Shown: positions 19,353 to 29,940, counted from the first letter of the stretch. The stretch is 64,000 nucleotides of DNA from Rickettsiales bacterium (GCA_036770365.1 DAIPJH010000006.1:64904-128903), one strand, 5' to 3'. Numbers and translations are program-made. Notes: generated by a model not told the origin, from the sequence alone.

Positions 19353-20078
19353 ATGTCAAGACTAGCACTCGTCACGGGCGGAACTCGTGGTATTGGTAAA
19401 GCGATCTCACTCGCACTCAAAGAAGCAGGCTATAAAGTCGTTGCAAACTATGCGCATAACGAAGAAGCAGCCGCAGAATTCAGCAAAGAAACAGGCATCC
19501 CTGTCTATAAATGGGATGTATCCCATTACGGTGAAAGCGAAGCAGTGATTCGCAAAATTGAAGCAGATATGGGGCAAACCGTTGAAATTCTTGTCAATAA
19601 TGCAGGTATCACCCGTGATGCCGCGATGCATAAAATGTCAGACCAGCAATGGGGTGACGTTATCACCACCAACCTTAATTCATGCTTTAATCTCTCACGT
19701 GCTGTAATTGATAATATGCGTGAGGCACGTTTTGGTCGTATCGTAAGTATCAGCTCGATCAATGGACAGGTCGGACAGTTTGGGCAAACCAATTACTCTG
19801 CGGCAAAAGCAGGTGTGCTTGGCTTCACCAAAGCTTTAGCGCGTGAAACAGCGGCGCGTGGTATCACTGTCAATGCGATTGCACCGGGCTATATCAAAAC
19901 CGACATGACTTCAAAGGTTGCTGGCAACGTGCTTCAACAAATCGTTGCGGGCATTCCTGTTGGACGTATGGGCGAAGCAGAAGAAATTGCACGCGCCGTA
20001 TTGTTCTTAGTTGCTGACGAAGCAGGCTTCATCACGGGGGAAACGTTGTCAATTAACGGCGGACAATTCATGGACTAA
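19353..20078 (+). CDS. phaB: Acetoacetyl-CoA reductase
   Basis: MSRLALVTGGTRGIG, NNAGITRD and GQFGQTNYSAAK (SDR, PhbB type). Confidence 0.92.
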   Translation: MSRLALVTGGTRGIGKAISLALKEAGYKVVANYAHNEEAAAEFSKETGIPVYKWDVSHYGESEAVIRKIEADMGQTVEILVNNAGITRDAAMHKMSDQQWGDVITTNLNSCFNLSRAVIDNMREARFGRIVSISSINGQVGQFGQTNYSAAKAGVLGFTKALARETAARGITVNAIAPGYIKTDMTSKVAGNVLQQIVAGIPVGRMGEAEEIARAVLFLVADEAGFITGETLSINGGQFMD

Positions 20079-20170
20079 AACTTTAGTTGTTTGACTATTG
20101 TTAAGGCACGTTTCACGATGTTTTTTATACTCACCTCAGAATAGAAAACAAACAACACAGGAGACATAAT

Positions 20171-20422
20171 ATGTTTAATGAGATCAAAAGCCTAGCTGAA
20201 GAATTTCCAGAGTTTAAAGAGACGATTCATACTCTAAAAACCTCTGATAATCATTTTGGTAAAAAGTTTGATGAATATGACGATGTGAACAAAGAATTGC
20301 ATCGTATTGCGGAAGAGATCGAGACTCCTTCGGATGACTATATTGAACAACTCAAGAAAAAACGCCTAGCACTTAAAGATGAGCTTTACGCTGCACTTAA
20401 GGCTAACGAAAAAGCGGCTTAA
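20171..20422 (+). CDS. DUF465/YdcH family protein
   Basis: EEFPEFKETIHTLK.SD.HF..KFDEY..LKKKRLALKDEL; RBS GGAG. Confidence 0.85.
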   Translation: MFNEIKSLAEEFPEFKETIHTLKTSDNHFGKKFDEYDDVNKELHRIAEEIETPSDDYIEQLKKKRLALKDELYAALKANEKAA

Positions 20423-20429
20423 TTTATCT

Positions 20430-20510
20430 GTCATACTGAGCGCAGCGAGGGATTTCTCCCAGTAACGCTCAGATGTGTGATTGGGGGTGCTTTGCTTCAC
20501 TCAGTATGAC
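20430..20510. repeat. REP-like palindromic pair between convergent genes
   Basis: GTCATACTGAG (20430-20440) / CTCAGTATGAC (20500-20510); left arm continues CGCAGCGAGGGATTTC. Confidence 0.75.
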
Positions 20511-21615
20511 GAGATGCCAACGTCAACCAAGCTTGCGTGAACGCTTCAATACTCTCTGGCGTAGTGTTCCAACCCACACTAACGCGCACCACGCCGCCAC
20601 GAGTGGCATCCATCCCCATCGCCTGCGCGACATGAGAATGCTCCATCCGCCCTGACGAACAAGCTGCGCCCGCACTGATACAAAACCCTTCAATATCAAA
20701 GCGCATAAGCTGCGTTTCGGCGGGAACACGCGGCATCACAATGCATGACGTATTGGGAAGTCGCAGCGCGTTTTTGCCTAAAATCACGCCTCCATGCGCC
20801 TCACACTGTGCTTCCATCACATCAAGCGCAGCACGCATTGGTTTTTGCCAAGTATCCTTCTGCGCCAGTTCGATGGCTTTAGCGAAACCAGTAATTGCGG
20901 CAATATTCTCTGTGCCTGCACGACGGCGCAGCTCTTGCCCGCCACCGCGTAATATTGGTTGAACCGTAACACCTTGACGCGCAATAAGAGCAGCCGCCCC
21001 CACAGCACCACCCATCTTATGAGCAGAGATTGTCATCATATCCACGCCGAGTACACCAACATCAACAGGAATTTTACCCAGTGCTTGAATCACATCCGTG
21101 TGCATCAGCGCACCATAACTTCGCGCAAGCGCAGCAATTTCAGCAATGTTTTGAATTACACCAGTTTCATTATTGGCCAGCATGATAGATACTAAACACG
21201 GCATTGGCGCATCTTTCAATAACGCTTCCAGCACGTCCATTTTGATAAGCCCATGTGCATCAACAGGGGCATAAAACACCGTGTTTCCCTGCGGTGCAGC
21301 CAGCACGGATGCATGTTCGGTCACACCAATAATTACGCTCTTGATCTCTGGCAAACCACATAGTGCAAGGTGATTCGCTTCCGTACCACTTGCGGTAAAA
21401 ATCACTTCCTGAGGCAAGCATGATACCGCGTCTGCAATCACACGCCGCGCTGTCTCTAACTTCGCCCGCGCTGCACGCCCCGCCGCATGAACCGAGGACG
21501 CATTATATGGAAGTGCCGAAACCAATATATCAGACATCACCGCCGCCACCTCTGCTCGCACAGGCGCGGTCGCGTTATAGTCAAGATAATAGGCTGTTTT
21601 TTTCTGTGTTCTCAT
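20497..21615 (-). CDS. Cysteine desulfurase (IscS/NifS class V PLP enzyme)
   Basis: YLDYNATAP, FTASGTEAN, MLANNETG, SAHKMGG, RRAGTEN and SAGAACSSG motifs. Confidence 0.93.
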   Translation of the reverse strand: MRTQKKTAYYLDYNATAPVRAEVAAVMSDILVSALPYNASSVHAAGRAARAKLETARRVIADAVSCLPQEVIFTASGTEANHLALCGLPEIKSVIIGVTEHASVLAAPQGNTVFYAPVDAHGLIKMDVLEALLKDAPMPCLVSIMLANNETGVIQNIAEIAALARSYGALMHTDVIQALGKIPVDVGVLGVDMMTISAHKMGGAVGAAALIARQGVTVQPILRGGGQELRRRAGTENIAAITGFAKAIELAQKDTWQKPMRAALDVMEAQCEAHGGVILGKNALRLPNTSCIVMPRVPAETQLMRFDIEGFCISAGAACSSGRMEHSHVAQAMGMDATRGGVVRVSVGWNTTPESIEAFTQAWLTLASRHTE

Positions 21616-21918
21616 TTCACTATAAAACCCTTAAAATCATCTAGGGTCAAGGGATAACAAATATGAAGATTTGATGACAATGTGGCTCTTTCTATTGTGC
21701 CACGCAACACGACAATGCTATATTAGCCGTTCTCTCTTTGAATCCTGTAATCATGCATGTTCGCATTCATGGTCGCATTCTTGAGGGATTAGCTCTTTTG
21801 GCTTTTCGCGCCTGTGAAACATCAAAAGGGAGTGTCCTTTTTGGTGCGAAGCAGGGTTCATACACAGCGGGTTGCAGAGAAATCTGACGAAGCTGTTTCG
21901 TTTTTTCAAGGAAACACC

Positions 21919-22722
21919 ATGTCCTTCCAAAACGTGCTTTCTTTCCTCGCCAACAACAACATCACCATCAACGATGGTTATGTTTATCACGGCGACACTC
22001 CCCTCATGTCAACGCCGTCCTTCTTCGACCTCTCGGCAATTGCCGCAGCGTTTGAAGAACTCGGTGGCGACGAAGACGAAGAATTCGTCTTTGGGGATGA
22101 CGCCCTCGACACTGCGCTTAATGCATTGATCGAGGCAGGCAATGATCTGAATGAAGCCCAATCGGATGCCGAAACGGCAATCGAGTTGGTCGAAGCCGCC
22201 AAGGCACAAGTCAAGGCAGCGTTGAATGGGTTGGAACAAGCAACCGCGGACACCTTGAAAGCAGCGCAAGCTGAAGCCAAGACCGCGCTGCAAGGCTTCA
22301 CCGATGCAGAATCGGAAGCCAATCAAGCGTGGACGTCCCTCTCGAACGCAGGTGTCGAAGCGAAAGCTGCGGCTGAGGCGTTTATCGAGCAGGTGCAACG
22401 GGTTGCCGATGACCTCGATGAGGAAGTGGGCAACGTACTGGGTGCTTTGAACGATGCCATCGGGGAGGCGGAAGTCGCCGTCGATGAGCTGAAGTCGCTG
22501 CTGGAACAGACCTCTGCTCCAGCCGCTGCCGAAAGTGGTGAAACCTTCCATGTGGTGGCATTATCTGGTGATCAGGTATTGCCCTTCCTTGCTGGTCTGC
22601 TTTCAGTGCTTGCCAAACCAGAAGCTGAAGGTGGTGAAGCTCCGGCTGCTGGTGATGGCTCTGCCGCCAACTCCGCTTCTGCGGAAGGCGATGAAGTCAT
22701 TTCCGCTGGTCTGAACAAGTAA
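21919..22722 (+). CDS. Highly acidic, Ala/Glu-rich helical hypothetical protein
   Basis: RBS AAGGA before ATG 21919; 267 aa; followed by a strong terminator. Confidence 0.8.
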   Translation: MSFQNVLSFLANNNITINDGYVYHGDTPLMSTPSFFDLSAIAAAFEELGGDEDEEFVFGDDALDTALNALIEAGNDLNEAQSDAETAIELVEAAKAQVKAALNGLEQATADTLKAAQAEAKTALQGFTDAESEANQAWTSLSNAGVEAKAAAEAFIEQVQRVADDLDEEVGNVLGALNDAIGEAEVAVDELKSLLEQTSAPAAAESGETFHVVALSGDQVLPFLAGLLSVLAKPEAEGGEAPAAGDGSAANSASAEGDEVISAGLNK

Positions 22723-22736
22723 GTCGTCATTTTTTG

Positions 22737-22772
22737 GGAAGCCTCAACCTTCGGGTTGGGCTTCCTTTTTTT
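22737..22772 (+). terminator. Rho-independent terminator
   Basis: GGAAGCCTCAACC-TTCG-GGTTGGGCTTCC followed by a T tract. Confidence 0.85.
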
Positions 22773-22814
22773 ATTTTGCCACCTTCCGCACCTCCTCCAC
22801 CTGCCCTTACTTAG

Positions 22815-24260
22815 GTGCTAATGCAGAGAGAATCTTATACACCACCTTTTGATATTGCCCCGCTGATGCTGCGCGCACGCGACGAAAGCCTGCGTTCGCA
22901 TTTTTCTGCCTTTATTGGCAAATGTTTTGCGGCGGTTGACCCTAGCACACCGTATTTGCATAATTGGCATATCGACGCGGTGGCGGAACATTTAGAAGCA
23001 ACCCGCCGCAGCGACATCACCCGCCTGATTATCAATATGCCACCACGTGCGCTAAAATCTGTGTGTGTCAGTGTCGCATGGCCAGCATGGCTGCTTGGAC
23101 ATCACCCGAATATGCGCATTATGGCGGCGAGTTATTCGCAATCGCTTAGTTTACGTCACGCGCTGGATACACGCCTGATTGTCAGCACACCATGGTTTGA
23201 ACGGATGTTTCCACGCTTCAATATTACGCATGGACAAAATGAAAAGCATAAATTCGTGACCACAGAACGCGGTTTTCGGTTTGCCACGTCAGTAGGCGGT
23301 ACGGCAACGGGTGAAGGAGGTGACGTACTGATTATCGACGACCCACTCAACCCCATCCAAGCTGCATCACGTATCGAACGCGAGTTTGCAAGTAGTTGGT
23401 TTGACCAGACCTTTGCCACACGCTTAAATGACAAGGCTCATGGGCGAATTGTCGTCGTTATGCAGCGTTTACATAAAGAAGATTTGACAGGACATTTGCT
23501 CGAAAAAGGTGGCTGGGAACATTTATGTTTACCTGCAATTGCTGAAACGCGCACGATTATTCCACTCTCTGGGCGTGAGTTTATACGCGAAATTGGCGAT
23601 ATTTTGCATCCTTCCCGCGAAGGCGAACTCTTACTTGCACGTGCCAAACGTGAACTCGGCAGTTTTGGTTTTGCCGCACAATATCAGCAAGCCCCCATCC
23701 TTAGCGACGGTGGGATGATTGAAGCCACATGGCTGCAAACCTACCCATCCACGCCGCCGCTGGACGCCTTTTCACGCATCACCCAAAGCTGGGATACCGC
23801 CATCAAAGCCGCTACGCATCATGATGCGAGCGTGTGCCTCACCTTTGGAGAGATGGATGGGCGGCATTATCTGCTGGACGCGCTGGCGATTCGCGCAGAA
23901 TATCCGCAGCTCAAGCGCACCATCACCGAACTTGCTTCGCGCTATCGTCCTAACGCCGTATTGATTGAGGATAAAGCAAGCGGACAATCACTCCTTCAAG
24001 ACCTTCGTCGTGAGTCTAACCTCAACCTTATCCCGCGTATGCCAAGGGGTGATAAGATTACCCGCCTCGCCGCCATCAGCCCGATGATAGAATCTGGTAA
24101 GCTCCTGCTGCCGCGCCACAGCACATGGCTAACAGATTTCCTCCAAGAACTCCTGAACTTCCCACACGCACCCCATGATGATTATGTCGATGCACTCACG
24201 CATTATTTAGGATGGGTACGTGATCAACAAGGAACGTCACAGAGGATTCGTCGGCTATAA
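22815..24260 (+). CDS. Phage/GTA terminase large subunit
   Basis: LIINMPPRALKS (Walker A region), LIIDDP (Walker B), VVVMQRLH, SWDTA and HDDYVDA nuclease motifs. Confidence 0.9.
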   Translation: MLMQRESYTPPFDIAPLMLRARDESLRSHFSAFIGKCFAAVDPSTPYLHNWHIDAVAEHLEATRRSDITRLIINMPPRALKSVCVSVAWPAWLLGHHPNMRIMAASYSQSLSLRHALDTRLIVSTPWFERMFPRFNITHGQNEKHKFVTTERGFRFATSVGGTATGEGGDVLIIDDPLNPIQAASRIEREFASSWFDQTFATRLNDKAHGRIVVVMQRLHKEDLTGHLLEKGGWEHLCLPAIAETRTIIPLSGREFIREIGDILHPSREGELLLARAKRELGSFGFAAQYQQAPILSDGGMIEATWLQTYPSTPPLDAFSRITQSWDTAIKAATHHDASVCLTFGEMDGRHYLLDALAIRAEYPQLKRTITELASRYRPNAVLIEDKASGQSLLQDLRRESNLNLIPRMPRGDKITRLAAISPMIESGKLLLPRHSTWLTDFLQELLNFPHAPHDDYVDALTHYLGWVRDQQGTSQRIRRL

Positions 24261-24262
24261 CA

Positions 24263-26188
24263 TTATTTACGTAATATATTATCTTTAACAGGTGGTATGT
24301 GATCAATATCTGAGACCGTATTATTCGGCGATTCTTCCACCAGCGCATCCGTAAGTTCCGCGTTCGCAATACTGCGTGGATTATCTTGATGCTCAACTTT
24401 TTTTGCTAAGGATACCTTCGTATACAGCTCCATCCAACGCTGCGGGTCACACTTCACCGCTTGCATCATCGTCAAGAAATTATCAAAGGAAGGCTTCATC
24501 CCTTCCCATGTTTTTATCTGAAAACCAAAATTTTTATTATGTTTAGACGTAGATGGCTTAGGTTTCACTCCTGCTTCAACCATAACATCCATCATCTCAG
24601 ATGCCGCGGCAACCTTACTCACCACTTTTTCAAGTTCTGACTTAGTAAGATGACCAAAACGAAAATCGTTTGCCGTCTTGCGCAATGCTCCTGCGGCTTG
24701 AGACATCACGTTGCGCGCCGCGTTCACATCAACACATGATGCGTCAAACTCATAGGTTTGTGGTGCGTCGGTAAACTGCTGCGCCGACCCGAAATAATCC
24801 GCCATCTGCCCTAACGCACTGCGCACTTCTTGCACCGCTTTCCTTTTTGATTCCGAGAAAAATATCTTCTCAATACGTTCTTTTGTTGCAGGGTCATCCA
24901 GAAAGACACTTGGTAAGCGTGAATGCACTAAGGTAGAAGACTTGATTGTGCCATGCTGACCTGCGCCGTTAAGCCATGCCGCATCAAAAACATCTGGATA
25001 CCGCTGCCATGACGCCGCGTCTGCCTTAATATCTTGCCAAAACTGTGCGGTTTTATACTGATATTCCCTCTTATAGAGATTAAGATACGATTTGGAGGCT
25101 GCCTCCACATCCTCAAATAACGGTTTGAAACGTGCATCTTCGCGCACTGGCGGTAGAAAAATATCTAAGATGGAGGCCACTTCCTCCATCGCCTTACCTG
25201 CCGCTTCTAATTGTCCAAGATTATTGCGTCCACGCGCATGAGGTAACATTAAATAGTGAGCATCACGTGGAATCTCATGAAGATGACGACTCGCAGAGTG
25301 TCCCATCTCAACCCCAACCGCCATCGCCTCTAAAAGATCAGGACGATGTTGCAATGAATCCCGCGCAGCTTGCACATACGCATTAAATTGTGGCATCAGA
25401 TCAAGATGATGATTATCTTGCAGTTCATAAAGTAAGTTGATCACATGTGTTTCAGCAGTAACATCATCATCCACACCATCACGATTTAACGTTTCAAACT
25501 CAATTGTTCCTGCACCATATTTCTTAAAACCCTGCGCCCCTACTTTGCCCCACAACATCTTAATGGCGCATTTGGGAATAAGTTCCCTACCTTCTTTATC
25601 TACAATCTTAAAAAGCTTATTTCCTGATCTATCCATCGCCCAAGCATTGGGTTCTCTATCTAAATTCGTAATTTCAGTACCACCAGCGAGAAGGTGTTTG
25701 CCGCCATAAGCGTCAACACATTCCACATCTTTACTGATAACAATACCACCAAACTTCAAAAGTTTATTGGTAAACGCCTCGCGCACACGCGGCACAAACC
25801 AAAAATCAACATCTTGCAAAGGGATATTGACCTGTTTGCCATCTAAAGTCGTTTGTAAGGTAAATCCTGCTTCACCCAATAAAGTAGGTGCTTTTAATGA
25901 CATTTCCAGCTCAGGTTTATGTACAAAATAAAATGCACCAAATAACCCTTCTTTTTTACGCATTGCAGCTGCTTTTGATTTCTCAGGTCCAAAAATAATA
26001 TAATCCACCAACGACTCTGACAGATCATTATAAGGTCCAGTGCCAGCAAGATTTTCTGCATGATCACGTTTTTTTGAAAGAACATTATCACGCGCAGAAG
26101 CAATCGCCTTCATCCCCTCAGCATAACGTGCAATTGCCTCACCATAATGACGTATTTCCAGTGGATCTTTGTAGGTCTTAACTGCCAT
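24263..26188 (-). CDS. Hypothetical protein, tandem paralogue of 26188..28047
   Basis: 641 aa; shares GLFGAFY..H.PELEMSL.AP.L.GEAG and MMQAV.CDP.RWM.LYTKV with its neighbour. Confidence 0.8.
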   Translation of the reverse strand: MAVKTYKDPLEIRHYGEAIARYAEGMKAIASARDNVLSKKRDHAENLAGTGPYNDLSESLVDYIIFGPEKSKAAAMRKKEGLFGAFYFVHKPELEMSLKAPTLLGEAGFTLQTTLDGKQVNIPLQDVDFWFVPRVREAFTNKLLKFGGIVISKDVECVDAYGGKHLLAGGTEITNLDREPNAWAMDRSGNKLFKIVDKEGRELIPKCAIKMLWGKVGAQGFKKYGAGTIEFETLNRDGVDDDVTAETHVINLLYELQDNHHLDLMPQFNAYVQAARDSLQHRPDLLEAMAVGVEMGHSASRHLHEIPRDAHYLMLPHARGRNNLGQLEAAGKAMEEVASILDIFLPPVREDARFKPLFEDVEAASKSYLNLYKREYQYKTAQFWQDIKADAASWQRYPDVFDAAWLNGAGQHGTIKSSTLVHSRLPSVFLDDPATKERIEKIFFSESKRKAVQEVRSALGQMADYFGSAQQFTDAPQTYEFDASCVDVNAARNVMSQAAGALRKTANDFRFGHLTKSELEKVVSKVAAASEMMDVMVEAGVKPKPSTSKHNKNFGFQIKTWEGMKPSFDNFLTMMQAVKCDPQRWMELYTKVSLAKKVEHQDNPRSIANAELTDALVEESPNNTVSDIDHIPPVKDNILRK

Positions 26189-28047
26189 TACCGTCCTCGT
26201 TCTTCATTAAGCGTAGCCGCCGGACAGCGCGCTAGTATTTCTGTGACCCTCGTATCAGGTTGTGACGATACGAGGGTATCCTGCATTTCTTTTGCCTTAG
26301 CAACCTTGGTATATAACTTCATCCACCGCTCTGGATCACACTCCACTGCTTGCATCATACCAATAAAATCATGCATAGTGGCTCGTTGCGCGTTCCAAGC
26401 ATCCATAGTCGCAGACACGTTATCACTACACATATGCTGCGCAACATAATCCATTGCCTCACATGCATCCGCACAACGCGCAACATGAAACGCTAACAGA
26501 GCTTTAGTCACTCTATCTTTACGCACACTATCTTCAAGCTGACGTAATGCGACCACCCCTTCATTAATAGTTGTCACCAGTTCGTCCCTTGTGGGTGCAT
26601 CAACAGTTGTAGCTGCCGTCATATCACTTTTTTGCAAATGCAACCCAATTGATTCCATCGGAATACTTGCATTTTCAAAGGCTGTAAGAATCTTTTGCTT
26701 CGCTGTACGACATAATGATGGCGCACCATGTTCCTGCACTATTTCTTGTATATTCACATTTTCAAGAAATCTTAGCGGTATTCCATGATAAAAATGTGAA
26801 TCCTGTGTGATCTTTGCAAAAGAAATGATCTGATTTCCCTCACCTCGCAACCACGCTTTGTCAAACGGTTGACTGCATTGATCAATAAAATGCAGGGGAG
26901 TTTTTTTAATATCAGCAAGCAATGTCTGCTCGGTATAATCATTGATGTGCGTAGTAAAAGCATCTGCCACGTTTTGAACGGCTTGTAATAAAGGTGCATA
27001 TGTTGGATTATGGCTCACATCAGGCAAAGACAATCCAAGTGCATCCGCTGTGTCGTTTATTTTTGCCGCTGCCGTGGAAATCGCTGCCAAGCCAATATAA
27101 TCATTGTGGGTATCATCCCCAGCAAATTGATAAAAATAAAAATTATTGGGGAGATTATCCATCACCGCCCGCACCTTCTGACTCATCGCAATAGCTGCCG
27201 ACATTGCTTCTAACATCTGAGGCTTATTTACAAGCGAGTCCCGTGCATGTGTTATCATCATATTAAACTCAGGCATTAGGTTGATGTGATGATGTTCCTT
27301 AAGCTCTAATAGCCAACTCACCATTGCACCCTCAGCATTAAAATCATCTTCAACACCGTCGGTTGCCAAAGTATTAAATCGCGGAGTGTCTTTGCCTTGA
27401 CGCTTAAGTCCTTCCTTTGCGCCAACATGCCCCCATAGCATCTTCACCGCATCAATATTGTTGATTTGCTTATCTTCTTTATCAACAATGGAAAAAAGTG
27501 TTTTTTTTCCATTCATAACCCATGAACGTCCGTTCGTAAGTACTGCACCAGCAGGCAAAATATGCGTTTTGCCGTCATCACCCTGCCACTGCGTCTCTTC
27601 CTCAAGAAAAATTTTACCTCGCACTGCACCGTCAGGTGATTGTTCATGAAAATCGATTTTAATATCTTGTAAAGGGAGATACATCGCCACCCCATCTACC
27701 TCTGCTTTAAGACGACAGCCAGCCTCACCCCATAATTTAGGGGCTTGTAACGACATCTCTAGTTCAGGACGATGCAAATAATAGAACGCACCAAATAACC
27801 CAGCTTTTGTTTGTTTGGCTGCTTCGCGCATAGCATCTTCGCCATACACTATATATTCTTCCTTCTGCGTGGCTTCGACGGTATTATAAGGTCCACGCCC
27901 GACCACTGTCTTTATCGCGTCCACATCCACCCTCAATGCAGACTGCGCAGCAGCAACTGCCTTCATTGCATCAGCATAGCGATTTAAAAGAATACCATAA
28001 TTCTTTATTTCAATAGGTTCTTCAAAATATTTTGGATCGTTAGCCAT
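26188..28047 (-). CDS. Hypothetical protein, tandem paralogue of 24263..26188
   Basis: 619 aa; stop overlaps the next start (TAATG). Confidence 0.8.
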   Translation of the reverse strand: MANDPKYFEEPIEIKNYGILLNRYADAMKAVAAAQSALRVDVDAIKTVVGRGPYNTVEATQKEEYIVYGEDAMREAAKQTKAGLFGAFYYLHRPELEMSLQAPKLWGEAGCRLKAEVDGVAMYLPLQDIKIDFHEQSPDGAVRGKIFLEEETQWQGDDGKTHILPAGAVLTNGRSWVMNGKKTLFSIVDKEDKQINNIDAVKMLWGHVGAKEGLKRQGKDTPRFNTLATDGVEDDFNAEGAMVSWLLELKEHHHINLMPEFNMMITHARDSLVNKPQMLEAMSAAIAMSQKVRAVMDNLPNNFYFYQFAGDDTHNDYIGLAAISTAAAKINDTADALGLSLPDVSHNPTYAPLLQAVQNVADAFTTHINDYTEQTLLADIKKTPLHFIDQCSQPFDKAWLRGEGNQIISFAKITQDSHFYHGIPLRFLENVNIQEIVQEHGAPSLCRTAKQKILTAFENASIPMESIGLHLQKSDMTAATTVDAPTRDELVTTINEGVVALRQLEDSVRKDRVTKALLAFHVARCADACEAMDYVAQHMCSDNVSATMDAWNAQRATMHDFIGMMQAVECDPERWMKLYTKVAKAKEMQDTLVSSQPDTRVTEILARCPAATLNEERGR

Positions 28048-28157
28048 GCCTGCCCTTAGACTCGTTTAACTTAATCACATCAATGATTGCGCAACTCCCA
28101 CGCATTTTCACTTACAAGAACGCGCCATTGTTAAGTGGAATAGCTATCATGCACGCT

Positions 28158-28190
28158 ACTTTAGCATCTAAACATGACAAAATGATGACA
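28158..28190 (-). promoter_or_regulatory. Pho-box-like promoter
   Basis: Minus strand TGTCAT-CATTT-TGTCAT (28190-28174), 10 nt, then TAAAGT (28163-28158), facing the paralogue pair. Confidence 0.65.
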
Positions 28191-28307
28191 CATACGTTTT
28201 TCTAGATTATGAAGTACAGCATTCTTGTCATACCTACGAAAATGGGTATCCAGAGATCTCTTTCCACTAAATTTCAGCGTGCGCTGGAATGACACACGAG
28301 TTATATC

Positions 28308-29060
28308 ATGCCCCACACCACCACAACCACCCATTTCGGATTCAAAGAAATCCCTGAGGATGCTAAAGAAGGTATGGTGCATGAGGTATTTGCGAGTGTC
28401 GCGTCTAAGTATGACGTGATGAATGACGCAATGAGCTTTGGAATGCACCGCGTGTGGAAAGATGATCTAATAGACAAGCTTCGCCCCCGTGCTGGAATGA
28501 AGCTGCTTGATGTGGCGGGAGGTACGGGCGACATTGCCTTTCGATTTCTCAAAGCGGGTGGTGGACATGTCACCGTATGCGATATCAATGCACACATGCT
28601 GGAAGAAGGCAAACGCCGCGCTGTGGATATGGGTATCACGCAGGGCATGGAATGGATTGAGGGTAATGCTGAGAAACTCCCCTTCCCTGATAATCATTTT
28701 GATGCGTTCACCATTGCGTTTGGCATTCGCAATGTCACTCACATAGATAAAGCACTCTCTGAGGCACACCGCGTCCTAAAAACAGGCGGACATTTTCTGT
28801 GTTTAGAGTTTTCACACCCGACCAGCGCACTGATGCGCACCGTATACGATAACTATTCATTTCACCTGATTCCGCGCATGGGCAGCATGATTGCTGGTGA
28901 TAAAGCATCCTATCAATATTTGGTCGAATCGATTCGTAAGTTTCCAACCGCCCCCAATTTTGTGAATATGATTGAACAAGCAAACTTCAAAAACGTGAGT
29001 TTTCGTCATATGACCGGCGGGATTGTAGCACTGCATAGCGGCTGGAAACTGAATGTATAA
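28308..29060 (+). CDS. ubiE: Ubiquinone/menaquinone biosynthesis C-methyltransferase
   Basis: [45 protein letters not shown] and LCLEFS motifs. Confidence 0.96.
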   Translation: MPHTTTTTHFGFKEIPEDAKEGMVHEVFASVASKYDVMNDAMSFGMHRVWKDDLIDKLRPRAGMKLLDVAGGTGDIAFRFLKAGGGHVTVCDINAHMLEEGKRRAVDMGITQGMEWIEGNAEKLPFPDNHFDAFTIAFGIRNVTHIDKALSEAHRVLKTGGHFLCLEFSHPTSALMRTVYDNYSFHLIPRMGSMIAGDKASYQYLVESIRKFPTAPNFVNMIEQANFKNVSFRHMTGGIVALHSGWKLNV

Positions 29061-29099
29061 CCTATTTATAGTGATATTATGCTTTGCTGCACCGCGAAA

Positions 29100-29115
29100 T
29101 GTTACAGTTGTGTGA
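29100..29115 (+). promoter_or_regulatory. Conserved upstream motif of curlin gene 1
   Basis: TGTTACAGTTGTGTGA, starting 125 bp before the ATG; identical copy at 29815. Confidence 0.7.
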
Positions 29116-29224
29116 AGATTGTTAAATTTAATTAATATTTATTTGCAATTTTAAATAATTATGGCACAATTAAGTTATTAATTACTTGTAACACACTTTA
29201 ATTACTTCTTTTAAGGAGTTCGCG

Positions 29225-29704
29225 ATGCAGGGTCTCATCACACATTCTAAGGTCTATACACTCATGGCTGCCATTGCCATGCTAGGCTTTTCCTCTGCGG
29301 CGCAGGCACAAGATAATACCATGACCCTTGAGCAAGTTGGCAATAACAACCAAGCCACAACCACCCAAGAAGGCTCTGCCAATAGCGCAGCACTACATCA
29401 AAATGGTGACGCCAACAGCTTAATTGTCGCTCAAATTGGCAATCAAAACAGCATCAACGCTACTCAAGAAGGCAACAATAACGAAAGCAGAATCACCCAA
29501 ACAGGCAATAATAATGAGGCGACCATTCTGCAATCATCAACAGGTAATATTGTCGTCGTCGATCAAGCAGGTGATTCAGATATCGCTTCCATCACCCAAC
29601 AAGGTGACAACAATAGCATAAACCTACAACAACTTAGCTCTAATGACAGCGCATACCTCTCTCAACACGGCAGCGGCAACACCATCACCGCCATTCAAAG
29701 ATAA
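29225..29704 (+). CDS. Curlin-family amyloid subunit (short, CsgB-like)
   Basis: Sec signal peptide (..AAQA), then Q-x-G-x-x-N-x-A-x-x-x repeats. Confidence 0.85.
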   Translation: MQGLITHSKVYTLMAAIAMLGFSSAAQAQDNTMTLEQVGNNNQATTTQEGSANSAALHQNGDANSLIVAQIGNQNSINATQEGNNNESRITQTGNNNEATILQSSTGNIVVVDQAGDSDIASITQQGDNNSINLQQLSSNDSAYLSQHGSGNTITAIQR

Positions 29705-29731
29705 CTTTTCCTTTACTTCTTTGTTCCCCTT

Positions 29732-29759
29732 AAAAGGAGGCTTTATGCCTCCTTTTTTG
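29732..29759 (+). terminator. Rho-independent terminator (copy 1)
   Basis: AAAAGGAGGC-TTTAT-GCCTCCTTTTTTG. Confidence 0.85.
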
Positions 29760-29814
29760 GTTTTTATACAAGGTCAAAACGTTGAAAGATAATAAAAAAA
29801 AGACAAAGGAGAAT

Positions 29815-29830
29815 TGTTACAGTTGTGTGA
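29815..29830 (+). promoter_or_regulatory. Conserved upstream motif of curlin gene 2
   Basis: TGTTACAGTTGTGTGA, starting 126 bp before the ATG. Confidence 0.7.
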
Positions 29831-29940
29831 CATTTTAGTTAATTTTGTCGTTTTATAGTTTGAAGATAATAATAGTTATGAGATAATCACTTCAGTTAAG
29901 AAAATTAACTAAAATTAAAAAACATTAAAGGAGTTATTCC

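Noticed and set aside
18098-20078. phaAB without phaC as a novelty
   Set aside because: Separation of phaC from phaAB is ordinary in alphaproteobacteria.
16969-22551. Long alternative-frame ORFs (e.g. 16969..17433, 18568..19122, 22009..22551) and similar ones elsewhere
   Set aside because: Antisense shadows of Gly/Ala-rich real genes, with no RBS or protein-like motifs.
21919-22722. Small terminase upstream of the large terminase
   Set aside because: Too acidic and long, with no DNA-binding motif, and separated from the terminase by a strong terminator.
29121-29930. CtrA boxes before the curlin genes
   Set aside because: TTAA half-sites are spaced N4-N6, not N7, in very AT-rich DNA.
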